A stretch of DNA of 64,000 nt from Dehalococcoidia bacterium (GTDB lineage: Bacteria > Chloroflexota > Dehalococcoidia > Lucifugimonadales > VXLM01): contig OZ244722.1 of assembly GCA_965219245.1 (NCBI GenBank), positions 3,938,947 to 4,002,946 on the forward strand, in the 5' to 3' direction. Below are positions 9,119 to 18,393 of the stretch, one piece after another; position 1 is the first letter of the stretch; each line of letters starts with the position of its first letter. The translations under genes were made by a program, and so were the position numbers. The notes below the pieces were generated by a model. The model ran no database searches. It saw only the letters and a program-made list of their open reading frames with translations, and had not been told where the DNA came from.

Positions 9119-9928
9119 ATGCCGTTCGCCACAATCGCGTCAGGAACGAGAATCTACTACGAGCGGATCGGCTCAGGTCCTCCCCTACTGCTCATCATGG
9201 GGACCGGCCTCGACCACTCGGTTTGGGACGCTCAGGTCCAGGCCTACCGAAACGAGTTCGAATGCATCGTCTTCGACAACGCTGGAACCGGAAAATCGGG
9301 CCGACCGGATGAGCGATTGACGGTGCGTTCAATGGCCGGGGACACCATCGGGCTGCTGGAAGCGCTCGGCATCGAGCGTGCTCACGTCTCCGGCGTCTCG
9401 CTTGGATCGTGCATTGCCCAGGAACTGACTCTGGCCCGACCCGACATGGTCGCATCGCTCCAGCTTCACGGGACGTGGGCGCGGACCGATGGGTACGCCG
9501 GGCGGAAGTTCCGGGCACAAATTCGACTGATCGAGATGCTGGACATGCGCGACTTCTACGAGATCAACGTCCTGTGGTTCATCACGCCGGAGTTCTTCGA
9601 CGCCCACCCTGAGCGGGTCGAGGCCCAGATCGACGCAATCGTTGCCAATGCGCCGAGCCGCGAGTCGCTCATCGAGCAGTACCAAGCCGACATCGAGCAC
9701 TATACTCTCGACCGATTGCCGCAAATCGAAGCGCCCACGCTGGTGACAGTAGGGAGCTTCGACGTGGCCGTTCCACCGATGTACGGACGAGAGGTAGCAG
9801 AAGCGATTCCGGGTGCGGAGTTCGTGGTTGTCGACGTGGGAGGTCACCTCTACAACGTCGAGAATCCCGTAGAATTCAACCGGGTAACGCTCGAATTCCT
9901 CCGTCGCGTTCAAGTGGATGAAGGGTAG
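9119..9928 (+). CDS. alpha/beta hydrolase
   Basis: LLLIMGTG, nucleophile elbow GVSLGS, C-terminal GH catalytic region. Confidence 0.8.
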   Translation: MPFATIASGTRIYYERIGSGPPLLLIMGTGLDHSVWDAQVQAYRNEFECIVFDNAGTGKSGRPDERLTVRSMAGDTIGLLEALGIERAHVSGVSLGSCIAQELTLARPDMVASLQLHGTWARTDGYAGRKFRAQIRLIEMLDMRDFYEINVLWFITPEFFDAHPERVEAQIDAIVANAPSRESLIEQYQADIEHYTLDRLPQIEAPTLVTVGSFDVAVPPMYGREVAEAIPGAEFVVVDVGGHLYNVENPVEFNRVTLEFLRRVQVDEG

Positions 9929-10059
9929 GCGGCATGACCCATCCCTTCTGACATAGCATTCGTTTGAGGTCTTCGGTTTAGGCATACGTGTCCCGTTGCG
10001 ATTTGGTATCATTTATCGGATGAGAAAGTGAAGCGACTCAGAAAGTAGAAGGAGCCTGC

Positions 10060-10767
10060 ATGAAACTCGAGAGAAATCTCATTCCAATACTAGCCATTGC
10101 GGCCATCCTACTGTTGGCTGTTCCTGCGGTGGGAATGGTCGTCGGGATGGCGCTGGCTTCCGAACCTGGGGACGATTCTTCGGCCTCTACAGGCGAACCC
10201 GAGCTGCCGCCCCTAGAACTCCCTCCACTGCCGGAGAAGCAGTACCATCCGGCTGATTCACCTCCTAAACAGCCACCCATAGCGGGATCCCGCGCCGACT
10301 GGGACGGTTCTACCGATCAGGGAAAGGTCCACACGTATGAGGACGGTGATCGGACTATAAGAGTAGTCCTGCAGGACGATCTAGTCCTTCAGAAGAACTC
10401 GGCCGTCACGCCCAGCGACTCCGTGGTTGTTAAGGGCTCCACTCAGAGCATCATCAGAAAAGGGTCCGACGGCGGACTGGACAACCTCCCCGTGTTCCGT
10501 TCCGAGTCTGGAGGCGGGCTGATGACGCTGCCCGGCGGTGTCCTGCTCGCGCTGGACCCGGAATGGGAAAAGGCCCAGGTTGAAAAATTCTTCTCTGATA
10601 ACGGCATCTCGCCGGAACAGGTATCCGAGTTGGGTTTCATACCGAATGGCTTCCTCGTGGAAACCGAAGCCGGCTTCCCATCGCTCGACCTAGCTAACTC
10701 GCTGGCTAGTCAGGATGGCGTAGAGATTTCAAGCCCCAACTGGTGGAGCGAGGTCGAGGCTAAGTGA
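10060..10767 (+). CDS. hypothetical membrane-anchored/secreted protein with Pro-rich linker
   Basis: N-terminal hydrophobic helix (IPILAIAAILLLAVPAVGMVVGMAL), then a PELPPLELPPLPEK linker. AGGAG precedes the ATG. Lies directly upstream of the S8 protease gene. Confidence 0.5.
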   Translation: MKLERNLIPILAIAAILLLAVPAVGMVVGMALASEPGDDSSASTGEPELPPLELPPLPEKQYHPADSPPKQPPIAGSRADWDGSTDQGKVHTYEDGDRTIRVVLQDDLVLQKNSAVTPSDSVVVKGSTQSIIRKGSDGGLDNLPVFRSESGGGLMTLPGGVLLALDPEWEKAQVEKFFSDNGISPEQVSELGFIPNGFLVETEAGFPSLDLANSLASQDGVEISSPNWWSEVEAK

Positions 10768-10829
10768 GGAAGGCGTCCCCACAGGTCGACCCATTCGCCC
10801 ATATATTGTAGCCCTGGAGAGAAATACCC

Positions 10830-13800
10830 ATGCCCTTCATTTCGACTCAATATGCTTCCTCAATAACTTCTGCATTGAGGATGCTCATCCTCACCGTCTC
10901 CGTCGCCTCCCTCCTTGTCCTCAGTACCGGTGGTGCCGGGGGACAGACTGTCGAAGACGACCACGGGAACGACTTTGACACTGCTACGCTTGTGCCGCTG
11001 GGTACCTCGGTAGACGGACGTATTGATCCCGGCGACGATCGTGATGTCTTCAAAATTGACCTGTCCGACGCCTCCGGACCAATCGACCTCTGGGTATACA
11101 CGCTCGGCGAGTTCGATTCCTATGGCGGCTTGTACGACAGTACTGGGAATCCAATTGAGTTCAACGACGACAGCTTCTTTGCGGACAATTTTCGGGCCTT
11201 CAGCATACGAAGCGTAGTCCAGCCGGGGGTCTACTACGTGATCGCCGTTAGTTTCGAGGGGGAGCCGGGAGACTATACATTCCACGCCCAAGCTGTTGTT
11301 GATCCGGGCAGCACCATCGACACGGCGAAACCCCTTAGCCTCGGTTCGCCCGACGGAGGCACGATCAACACGGTGGACGACGCAGATTACTTCAAACTGG
11401 ATTTTACGGAGTCCAAGCACGTGATCATCGATGCGGTGAGCGCCGACATTTTCCCCATTGACGGGGCCTTGTTTGACGCCGACGGCAATGAGATATCCGC
11501 AAATATAAGACTGAGAGGACTCAGAGGCTTTGGGTCGCGATTCCGGATTGGTTTCACGATTGCGGAAGACTTTGATCCGGGCACGTACTATCTCAAGGTA
11601 GACAACCCACTTGCACCTGACTCCGAAGGGCCTGAGTCGGATGACCCACCCCCTCCGTTTAGGCCAATACCATACTCCATCTTCTACACAGAGGATACTG
11701 AATACACCGAGCTTCTTGACGACTGTGAGGACCAGACTCTCGCGTTGAACAACCCACAGATCAGAGATCCGCTGTACGCGTGCCAGTGGCACCTGAACAG
11801 TACTGAATGGCAGGACATTAACGTCGAATCCACTTGGGCGGACGGAATCAAGGGAGAAGGCATCAACGTCGCCGTGGTCGATGACGGGATGTACCACGCC
11901 CATGAGGACCTGCAGGACAACGTCGACGCGAGCCTCAACTTCGACTACGGCGGCAATGATGACATATATGACCGCCTCGAGCATCACGGCACTAACGTTG
12001 CCGGCATGATTGCGGCCAGGGACAACGACATAGGTGTGCGCGGTGTGGCCCCGAGTGCCACGGTCTACGGTTACAACTTTTTGGGTGGTTTTAACTCCAC
12101 AGGTTTCAACCTTTATGATGCAATGCTCCGCAATGGAGTTGTGACCGCGGTGTCCAACAACAGCTGGGGTTGGTCAGATGGGCCAGGGTTGAGCCCATCG
12201 GTGTCGTTCTGGAGACGGGCCATCGAAACCGGAATCACGGCCGGCTACGACGGCAAGGGTACTTTTTACGTCTTCACGGCTGGCAATGGACACCTTCTGG
12301 GTGATGACTCCAACCTTGAGGAATACTCCAACGACTATGGCGTGACCGCCGCCTGTTCCGTGAATAGACAGGGCACCAGGGCCGGTTACTCGGAAATGGG
12401 AGCCAACCTGTGGGTTTGCGCCCCCTCAAACGACCGGCCGGGCTTTCTTGGAGGAGTCCGCGGCATCTTGACGACCGAGAATTCCGATCGCTACTACCAA
12501 GACTTCGGCGGGACCTCTGCCGCAGCTCCAATTGTATCGGGAGTCGCAGCGCTGACGCGCGACGCCAACCCTGACCTCACGTGGCGCGACGTCAAGCTGA
12601 TACTCGCCGCAACGGCCCAGAAAAACGATCCCGCTAGCCCCGGATGGAAAGACGGCGCGAGCAAGCACCCCATCTCATCCACGGACCGATATCACTTCAA
12701 CCACGAATACGGGTTCGGTGTGGTCAACGTCGAGGGCGCCGTCGATCTGGCCAAGCAATGGTCGAATCTGCCTGCCACTCAGGAGACGACAGTGTGGTCG
12801 GAACTGCTCAACGTAGAGATTCCCGATGCTCTTGCCACAGGAGAATCGTCGACATTCACCCACACACTCATACTGGACACCGAGATCGGGTTCACCGAGT
12901 TCGTCGAGGTCGTACTCGCCTTCGATCACGATTCCTTCCGCGACTTGGAGATCCTGTTGGAGTCGCCGTCCGGAGCCGTTTCGAGACTGGCGGTTCCCTT
13001 TGACACCTACGACGCCTTTAACGTCATCTTTGACGAAGGCTTTATCCCGTTGCACGGCGCATTCCAGTTCGGGTCGGCAAAGCACCTGGGAGAAGATCCC
13101 AACGGGGAATGGAAGCTGCATGTAACCGACCGCATTCCCGTTGTGGACGGCACCTTCGTTGCGTTCGGCATCACCGTCTACGGGCACGAGCGCGCACCGG
13201 GCACTCCCACTCTAGACTCGGTCACGGTTCATCCAGGCGGAGGGATGCTCGACGTTGCTTGGACCGCTCCCGACGAGACCGGCGATTCTGATATCAGCGG
13301 ATACGACTTGCGCTACATTCCGATCGACGCCGATGAGACCGATCCATCCAACTGGACGATACTCGATAGCGTTTGGTCTGCCGACACCGGCGGCGAATTG
13401 AAGTATAGGGTCACCGGGCTGACTGACGGCACGGAGTACGACGTGCAAGTGCGGGCTGTGAACAGCGCCGGCGGCGGCCTATGGTCGGAAACCGGCAGCG
13501 GTACTCCTCGGACGAGCCCCTGTGTTGTCGGAGACGCGGTACGAGACAGGATGAACGCAGGCCTGATCCATGACTGCGAGGCGCTGCTGGAGGCGCGCGA
13601 TACTCTGGCGGGAAGCGCAACCTTGAACTGGTCGACGGATACTCGCATCTGGGCGTGGGACGGTGTCATCCGCGAAGGAGACCCCTTGCGCGTCACAAAG
13701 CTAGTCCTCCGTGACCGCAACCTTGACGGAACGATCCCGGCCGAGCTAGGAAAGCTGAGCAGCCTGGTCGTCCTGAACCTGCACAGCAACATGCTCAGTG

Positions 13801-14534
13801 GCGCGATTCCAGACCTCAGAAGTTTGATCGGCTTGGAAGAACTCTACCTCGCAAACAACGAGCTAAGTGGCGGTATCCCGGAGTCGCTGGGCAGCATGGC
13901 GAGTGTGAGGGAGTTGTGGCTCTGGGGCAACCAACTGGAAGGGACGATTCCGGACCTAAGCGGCATGACCGGCCTCGAAACGCTGAAGCTGGCAGACAAC
14001 ATGCTGGATGGTGGCCTCCCTGACGGGTCGATGCTGCCTCCGAACGTGGAGTGGCTGATCATCGACAGGAACCCGCTGGGCGGCACGATACCAGACCTGA
14101 GCAGCCTGACGAGCCTGAAACTCCTGTGGCTCCACAACAACGAACTGGAGGGCTCTATTCCGGCCTGGCAGGAGCTGCCCCCCAACGTGGACGACCTCAA
14201 CCTGCGCGACAACGACCTCAGTGGTGTGATACCGGACCTGAGCGGCCTGGACAAGGCGACGCGGGTGCGACTGCACAACAACGACCTGAGCGGCGAGGTT
14301 CCAGCCACGCTGGGCGACCTGGGCAGCCTGAAGCAACTTTGGCTGCACGGCAACGATTTGACAGGCATCGCGGCTGAACTGGGCGATCTGGCGGATACCC
14401 TGATCGAGATCGAACTCAAAGAGAACCCGTGGGGTACTGACGCCTGCGTGCCGGCCGAGTTGGCCGACGTGACAACCAATGACTACGACGAGGCTGGGCT
14501 TGAGGTCTGTGCAAGCTCGGACGGTTCTCAATAG
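10830..14534 (+). CDS. secreted multidomain S8 (kexin/furin-like) serine protease: pre-peptidase-like repeats + S8 + P-domain + FN3 + leucine-rich repeats
   Basis: Signal-like N-terminus. Repeated DDHGND/DDADYFKLD modules. Catalytic triad contexts VAVVDDG, HGTNVAG, GGTSAAAP. P-domain-like block (DLEILLESPSGAVSRL, GEWKLHV). FN3-like block (YDLRY...YDVQVRAVNSAGGG). About ten 24-aa LxxLxLxxNxLSGxIP repeats at roughly nt 13690-14430. Confidence 0.85.
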   Translation: MPFISTQYASSITSALRMLILTVSVASLLVLSTGGAGGQTVEDDHGNDFDTATLVPLGTSVDGRIDPGDDRDVFKIDLSDASGPIDLWVYTLGEFDSYGGLYDSTGNPIEFNDDSFFADNFRAFSIRSVVQPGVYYVIAVSFEGEPGDYTFHAQAVVDPGSTIDTAKPLSLGSPDGGTINTVDDADYFKLDFTESKHVIIDAVSADIFPIDGALFDADGNEISANIRLRGLRGFGSRFRIGFTIAEDFDPGTYYLKVDNPLAPDSEGPESDDPPPPFRPIPYSIFYTEDTEYTELLDDCEDQTLALNNPQIRDPLYACQWHLNSTEWQDINVESTWADGIKGEGINVAVVDDGMYHAHEDLQDNVDASLNFDYGGNDDIYDRLEHHGTNVAGMIAARDNDIGVRGVAPSATVYGYNFLGGFNSTGFNLYDAMLRNGVVTAVSNNSWGWSDGPGLSPSVSFWRRAIETGITAGYDGKGTFYVFTAGNGHLLGDDSNLEEYSNDYGVTAACSVNRQGTRAGYSEMGANLWVCAPSNDRPGFLGGVRGILTTENSDRYYQDFGGTSAAAPIVSGVAALTRDANPDLTWRDVKLILAATAQKNDPASPGWKDGASKHPISSTDRYHFNHEYGFGVVNVEGAVDLAKQWSNLPATQETTVWSELLNVEIPDALATGESSTFTHTLILDTEIGFTEFVEVVLAFDHDSFRDLEILLESPSGAVSRLAVPFDTYDAFNVIFDEGFIPLHGAFQFGSAKHLGEDPNGEWKLHVTDRIPVVDGTFVAFGITVYGHERAPGTPTLDSVTVHPGGGMLDVAWTAPDETGDSDISGYDLRYIPIDADETDPSNWTILDSVWSADTGGELKYRVTGLTDGTEYDVQVRAVNSAGGGLWSETGSGTPRTSPCVVGDAVRDRMNAGLIHDCEALLEARDTLAGSATLNWSTDTRIWAWDGVIREGDPLRVTKLVLRDRNLDGTIPAELGKLSSLVVLNLHSNMLSGAIPDLRSLIGLEELYLANNELSGGIPESLGSMASVRELWLWGNQLEGTIPDLSGMTGLETLKLADNMLDGGLPDGSMLPPNVEWLIIDRNPLGGTIPDLSSLTSLKLLWLHNNELEGSIPAWQELPPNVDDLNLRDNDLSGVIPDLSGLDKATRVRLHNNDLSGEVPATLGDLGSLKQLWLHGNDLTGIAAELGDLADTLIEIELKENPWGTDACVPAELADVTTNDYDEAGLEVCASSDGSQ

Positions 14535-14744
14535 CTGAATAGTTTGTGAGGATGGGTGATCCCTGTCCGCAACGACAACAATCAAACGAATGCCAGCGCC
14601 GCCGAGAAACTTGGAGGCGCTGGAGTTCTTAATGTGCCTCTGAGTTTCTCGAACGCCGTTGGAGTCAACTTGCGTTCTCGTACTCCTAGTCTAGTTTCCT
14701 ACGGGGCGTGATATGATGCGCCACGCACCAATTGTCACGGGAGA

Positions 14745-15392
14745 ATGATGGGCGAATTCTGGATTGAGAGTGGCGAGAGAATGCTGTTCATCGGTGACAG
14801 CATCACCGACTGTGGACGGCGAGAACGCGCGATTCCCCTCGGCGACGGCTACGTGAGCATGTTCGCGGAGCTTGCTACGGCAAGATACCCGGAGCGAAAC
14901 ATAGAGTGGACCAATATGGGTATAGGAGGCAATCGGACTACCCACTTGAAGGAGCGTTGGCAGTCCGACGTAATCGAACACAGGCCGGATCGTCTCTCGA
15001 TCAAGATTGGAATAAACGATCTCAGCAGCTTTCGACGTGGTGATCCGGACTGCGTCCCGCCTGACCTATTCAAGAGAAACTACGATCAGATAATGACCTC
15101 AACCCGTCAGGCCCTCGGCGAAATCCCCGTCCTCTTGATTACGCCGTTCTACATCTCGACCAACATGGACGACGATGTCGAAGGCGCTATGCTCCGTACA
15201 ATTCCCGAATACACAAGCATCGTCGAAGAGATGAGCGTCAAGTACGACACGCTGCTGCTCAATCTCCACAACGTGTTCCAGGAACACCTGCAGTATCGGC
15301 CGCCCAGCACGTTTTGTCCCGAGCCGGTCCACCCGAATCACACTGGACATCTGGTTATCGCTAACGCTCTGATGGAGTTTCTCAGTCGATGA
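14745..15392 (+). CDS. SGNH/GDSL hydrolase
   Basis: Block I FIGDSITD, block III GINDL, block V DxxH-like (VHPNHTGH). Confidence 0.8.
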   Translation: MMGEFWIESGERMLFIGDSITDCGRRERAIPLGDGYVSMFAELATARYPERNIEWTNMGIGGNRTTHLKERWQSDVIEHRPDRLSIKIGINDLSSFRRGDPDCVPPDLFKRNYDQIMTSTRQALGEIPVLLITPFYISTNMDDDVEGAMLRTIPEYTSIVEEMSVKYDTLLLNLHNVFQEHLQYRPPSTFCPEPVHPNHTGHLVIANALMEFLSR

Positions 15393-15493
15393 GAATCTGC
15401 TGGAGAACGGCGATCACACTGACCGAAACTGCGTGCTTTGATCGACCTAGTTGAGATTGTCCTCGTCGGCTTGGACGAGGGCCGGATGAGGAT

Positions 15494-16675
15494 ATGGAGT
15501 CCATGAAACGTCGTTCCCCACTCGCCAAGGAATTCGTCGGCGCCCGAGAAATGGACAACATGGGCCTGCGTCCCGGCTACCGAGTCGGCCACTTGGATGG
15601 GACAACCAACTACGTCACCGACGACCGTTTTGACCGCGCACAGCACGACCGGCTCCACCGCGAACTGACGGTGGTAGACGCCTACTCCGCGCTCGTCGAC
15701 ATCGAGGAACTGCAGCGGGGCCGTATCAACGTCGTCATTCAGGCGCTCGGCCCTGAGGAACTGTTTGTCCAGGAGGAACTGCAGGACCCGTCGGACGAGC
15801 CTCCGCGTGGCGTTCGGTCGTGGCGACCGGTCTTTACGGGCGATCAGCTGGTCGAGCGCATAAAGATCGGAATCGACGAGCACCTGCGATTCGCGAAGGC
15901 GCACGAAGACTACATTGAGGTCGCCCTCACGGAAACGGACATCAGACGCATTGTCGCCGATGGCAAAATCGCGATGGTGCTGATGCTCGTCAGCGGCTAC
16001 ATCGCCGACAGTCTTGACGTCCTCAAGGAGTTTCACGAGCTCGGCATTCGGGTGTTGTGTCCCAGCCACCTCGCGGCGACGACCTGGGCCGATTCGAGCG
16101 CGGAACTGAACGACCCTCCGGGATTGACCGACTTCGGACGTGACGTGATTGCAACGTGCAACGAGATTGGTGTCCTGGTAGACCTCGCTCACTGCTCCGA
16201 CTACACCTGCCGCGACACCCTAGCGGTTGCGAACGCGCCAGTGATCGCAACGCATACAAAGGTCAGGGCCATCACCGGGAGTCTGCGCGACATGAGCGAC
16301 GATGTGCTTAGGGGCGTCGCCGACACCGGCGGAGTGGCCTGCGTCTTGGCGGCGATTCCTCGGACTCCTCAGGAGCGTCACGCGGCCCGGCTCAAGCGCG
16401 ACCGCGACCTGGCGAATAGATACAAAGACCCCTTCGATCTCGCGGCGGCAAAGCTTGCCGACGCGCAAATCTGGGGCACGAAGCTCGATCTCGAAACCAT
16501 CGACCACGCCGTCAACGTTGCCGGCGCCGATCACGTTGGGCTTTCATCTCACGGGCAGAGCGTTCCGCAATGGAAGGAGTTCACCGAGGCGTTCATAGAA
16601 CACGGATACACTCAGGAGGACGCGTCGAACATCCTCGGCGGCAACGTGCTCCGTGTCCTCAGTGAGATCATATGA
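15494..16675 (+). CDS. membrane dipeptidase (peptidase M19 family)
   Basis: M19-like blocks (VDLAHCS, ATHTKVRA, GADHVGLSSH, NILGGNVLRV). Exact start uncertain. Confidence 0.7.
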   Translation: MESMKRRSPLAKEFVGAREMDNMGLRPGYRVGHLDGTTNYVTDDRFDRAQHDRLHRELTVVDAYSALVDIEELQRGRINVVIQALGPEELFVQEELQDPSDEPPRGVRSWRPVFTGDQLVERIKIGIDEHLRFAKAHEDYIEVALTETDIRRIVADGKIAMVLMLVSGYIADSLDVLKEFHELGIRVLCPSHLAATTWADSSAELNDPPGLTDFGRDVIATCNEIGVLVDLAHCSDYTCRDTLAVANAPVIATHTKVRAITGSLRDMSDDVLRGVADTGGVACVLAAIPRTPQERHAARLKRDRDLANRYKDPFDLAAAKLADAQIWGTKLDLETIDHAVNVAGADHVGLSSHGQSVPQWKEFTEAFIEHGYTQEDASNILGGNVLRVLSEII

Positions 16676-16734
16676 CGGGTGGGGCAGGAGTCGTCCCTGT
16701 TCTGCCTATGATAAGAACTCGTGAACCGAGTCTT

Positions 16735-16892
16735 AGAGGGTGTTTGCGAAGTCCTCTCACGATGTTCCTACTGTCATACGCAACCCTCAAGATTCGATAA
16801 TCTCTCCCCCGTTCGACGGGGGAGAGATACAGAGAGGGGGGGTCTCTTGCCTAAAGACCTGGCGCGAATCCGCACCTTTGCAAACACCCTCT
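16735..16892. repeat. 158-bp MITE-like unit bounded by 17-bp inverted repeats
   Basis: AGAGGGTGTTTGCGAAG (16735-16751) against CTTTGCAAACACCCTCT (16876-16892), complementary at 16 of 17 positions. The unit encloses triplex-hairpin repeat copy A. Confidence 0.45.
16800..16840 (-). repeat. three-arm Py/Pu hairpin repeat, copy A (reverse orientation)
   Basis: ATCTCTCCCCCGTTCGACGGGGGAGAGATACAGAGAGGGGG is the reverse complement of the consensus CCCCCTCTCTGTATCTCTCCCCCG-N-CGGGGGAGAGAT seen at 24190 and 45424. Confidence 0.8.
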
Positions 16893-17084
16893 TACTGTGG
16901 ACGAAACTTTCGAGCCCTTGGCTCACTAGCAGCATTTGGGCGGTTCCGCGGCGCCCCTGCCGGCTGAATGTCTCTGAGGATCGGCTGCCTTCACGAGGGT
17001 ACAGAGTTTCGACCCGAAATAGCATTGTCTCACCGAGAGGATAGGCGTAAACTCCGTGCAATATTTGAAGATGGAGGTTCGCAG

Positions 17085-18326
17085 GTGACACAGACTGTTG
17101 TAATCGAAAGTCTCAGGCGGCGTCGACTGCCGATCAACCTCCGGCAAAGCGGCAACAGCGACGCCCAGATGCTGATCTCCGCCCGTGTCAGGAAGTCCCC
17201 CTGGTGGCACTTGTCAAAGGCAGCCGGATGCTGGGCCTATACGACGTACAACCACATGTACCACCCAAGGGCATACATCAAGCCCGAGTATGGAGGGCTG
17301 ATGGCCGAGTACGAATATCTGACTGAACACGTCAGCATGTGGGACGTGGCGGTCGAGCGTCAGATCCGGGTCAAGGGTCCCGACGCTGCGGAATTCGTGA
17401 ACATGCTGATCACTCGCGACGTGCACTCCGTGGTGCCCACGATGCAGGCGCGATACGTGATTCTTTGCAACCAGTACGGCGGCGTCATCAACGACCCGGT
17501 GCTGCTTCGAGTGGCAGACGACGAGTTCTGGTTCAGCATCTCCGACTCCGATCTCCTCCTGTGGGCGCAAGGAGTCAACACCTCCGGCAAGTTCAACGTC
17601 GACATCCACGAGATAGACGTGTCTCCGGTCCAGATCCAGGGCCCCAAGTCGGTACTGCTGATGGAAAAGATGTTTGGCTCCCACATAAGGGATATCCCGT
17701 ACTACCACCTGATTCACGACACCCTCAATGGCCACGCCGTAACGATTTCGCGTACAGGTTTCTCTGCCGAGGTCGGGTTCGAGATCTACCTGCACGACGC
17801 CATGCTCAATGCGGACGACGTCTGGCCCCACATACTCGAGCAAGGGGAGGAGTTCAACCTGCGTGTCATCGCTCCCAGTCACATCCGCCGACTGGAGGCC
17901 GGCATTCTGTCCTACGGCCAGGATATGGACATTGAGAACAACCCCTTCGAAGTCCGGCTCGGCTGGCAAGTGGACCTGACAAAGAGTGATTTTATAGGGA
18001 AGGATGCCCTGGCCAGGATCAAGGCTGAGGGAGTTCAACAGCGCCTGGTCGGCTTGAAGGTGGGCGGCGAGCCAATCGTCTGGTACAACGAAGATTTCTA
18101 TCTGGTCAAGGACGTTGACTCCGGCGACGACGTTGGCTACGTGACCAGCGCCTTCTGGTCGCCGACGCTGGAGTCGAACATAGCGCTGGCCGTCATGCCT
18201 CGGTCTCACTGGAGGAGGGGGACCAACGTGAAGGTCCGGCTGCCACAGGACGGCGTTGTGGATGCCGAAGTAGTGCGGGCGCCATTCGTCGACCCGACCA
18301 AGGAGCGTCCCAAGACGGAGTTGTGA
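17085..18326 (+). CDS. aminomethyltransferase-family protein (GcvT/DmdA-like)
   Basis: GcvT-family blocks (WDVAVERQIRVKGPDA, ISRTGFSAEVGFEIY, LEAGILSYGQDM). GTG 17085 follows GGAGG with a 7-nt spacer; ATG 17169 is the alternative start. Confidence 0.75.
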   Translation: MTQTVVIESLRRRRLPINLRQSGNSDAQMLISARVRKSPWWHLSKAAGCWAYTTYNHMYHPRAYIKPEYGGLMAEYEYLTEHVSMWDVAVERQIRVKGPDAAEFVNMLITRDVHSVVPTMQARYVILCNQYGGVINDPVLLRVADDEFWFSISDSDLLLWAQGVNTSGKFNVDIHEIDVSPVQIQGPKSVLLMEKMFGSHIRDIPYYHLIHDTLNGHAVTISRTGFSAEVGFEIYLHDAMLNADDVWPHILEQGEEFNLRVIAPSHIRRLEAGILSYGQDMDIENNPFEVRLGWQVDLTKSDFIGKDALARIKAEGVQQRLVGLKVGGEPIVWYNEDFYLVKDVDSGDDVGYVTSAFWSPTLESNIALAVMPRSHWRRGTNVKVRLPQDGVVDAEVVRAPFVDPTKERPKTEL

Positions 18327-18393
18327 AGCCGCTCGACCTCTGGACCTTCTCTCCCGGACGCCCCGAGGCATCGGCAGCTGCGAACGCGCCGGA

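Noticed and set aside
14593-14623. Hairpin CCAGCGCC...GGCGCTGG after the S8 protease gene, considered as a terminator.
   Set aside because: The 15-nt loop and the absence of a clear T-tract make an intrinsic terminator call unsafe.
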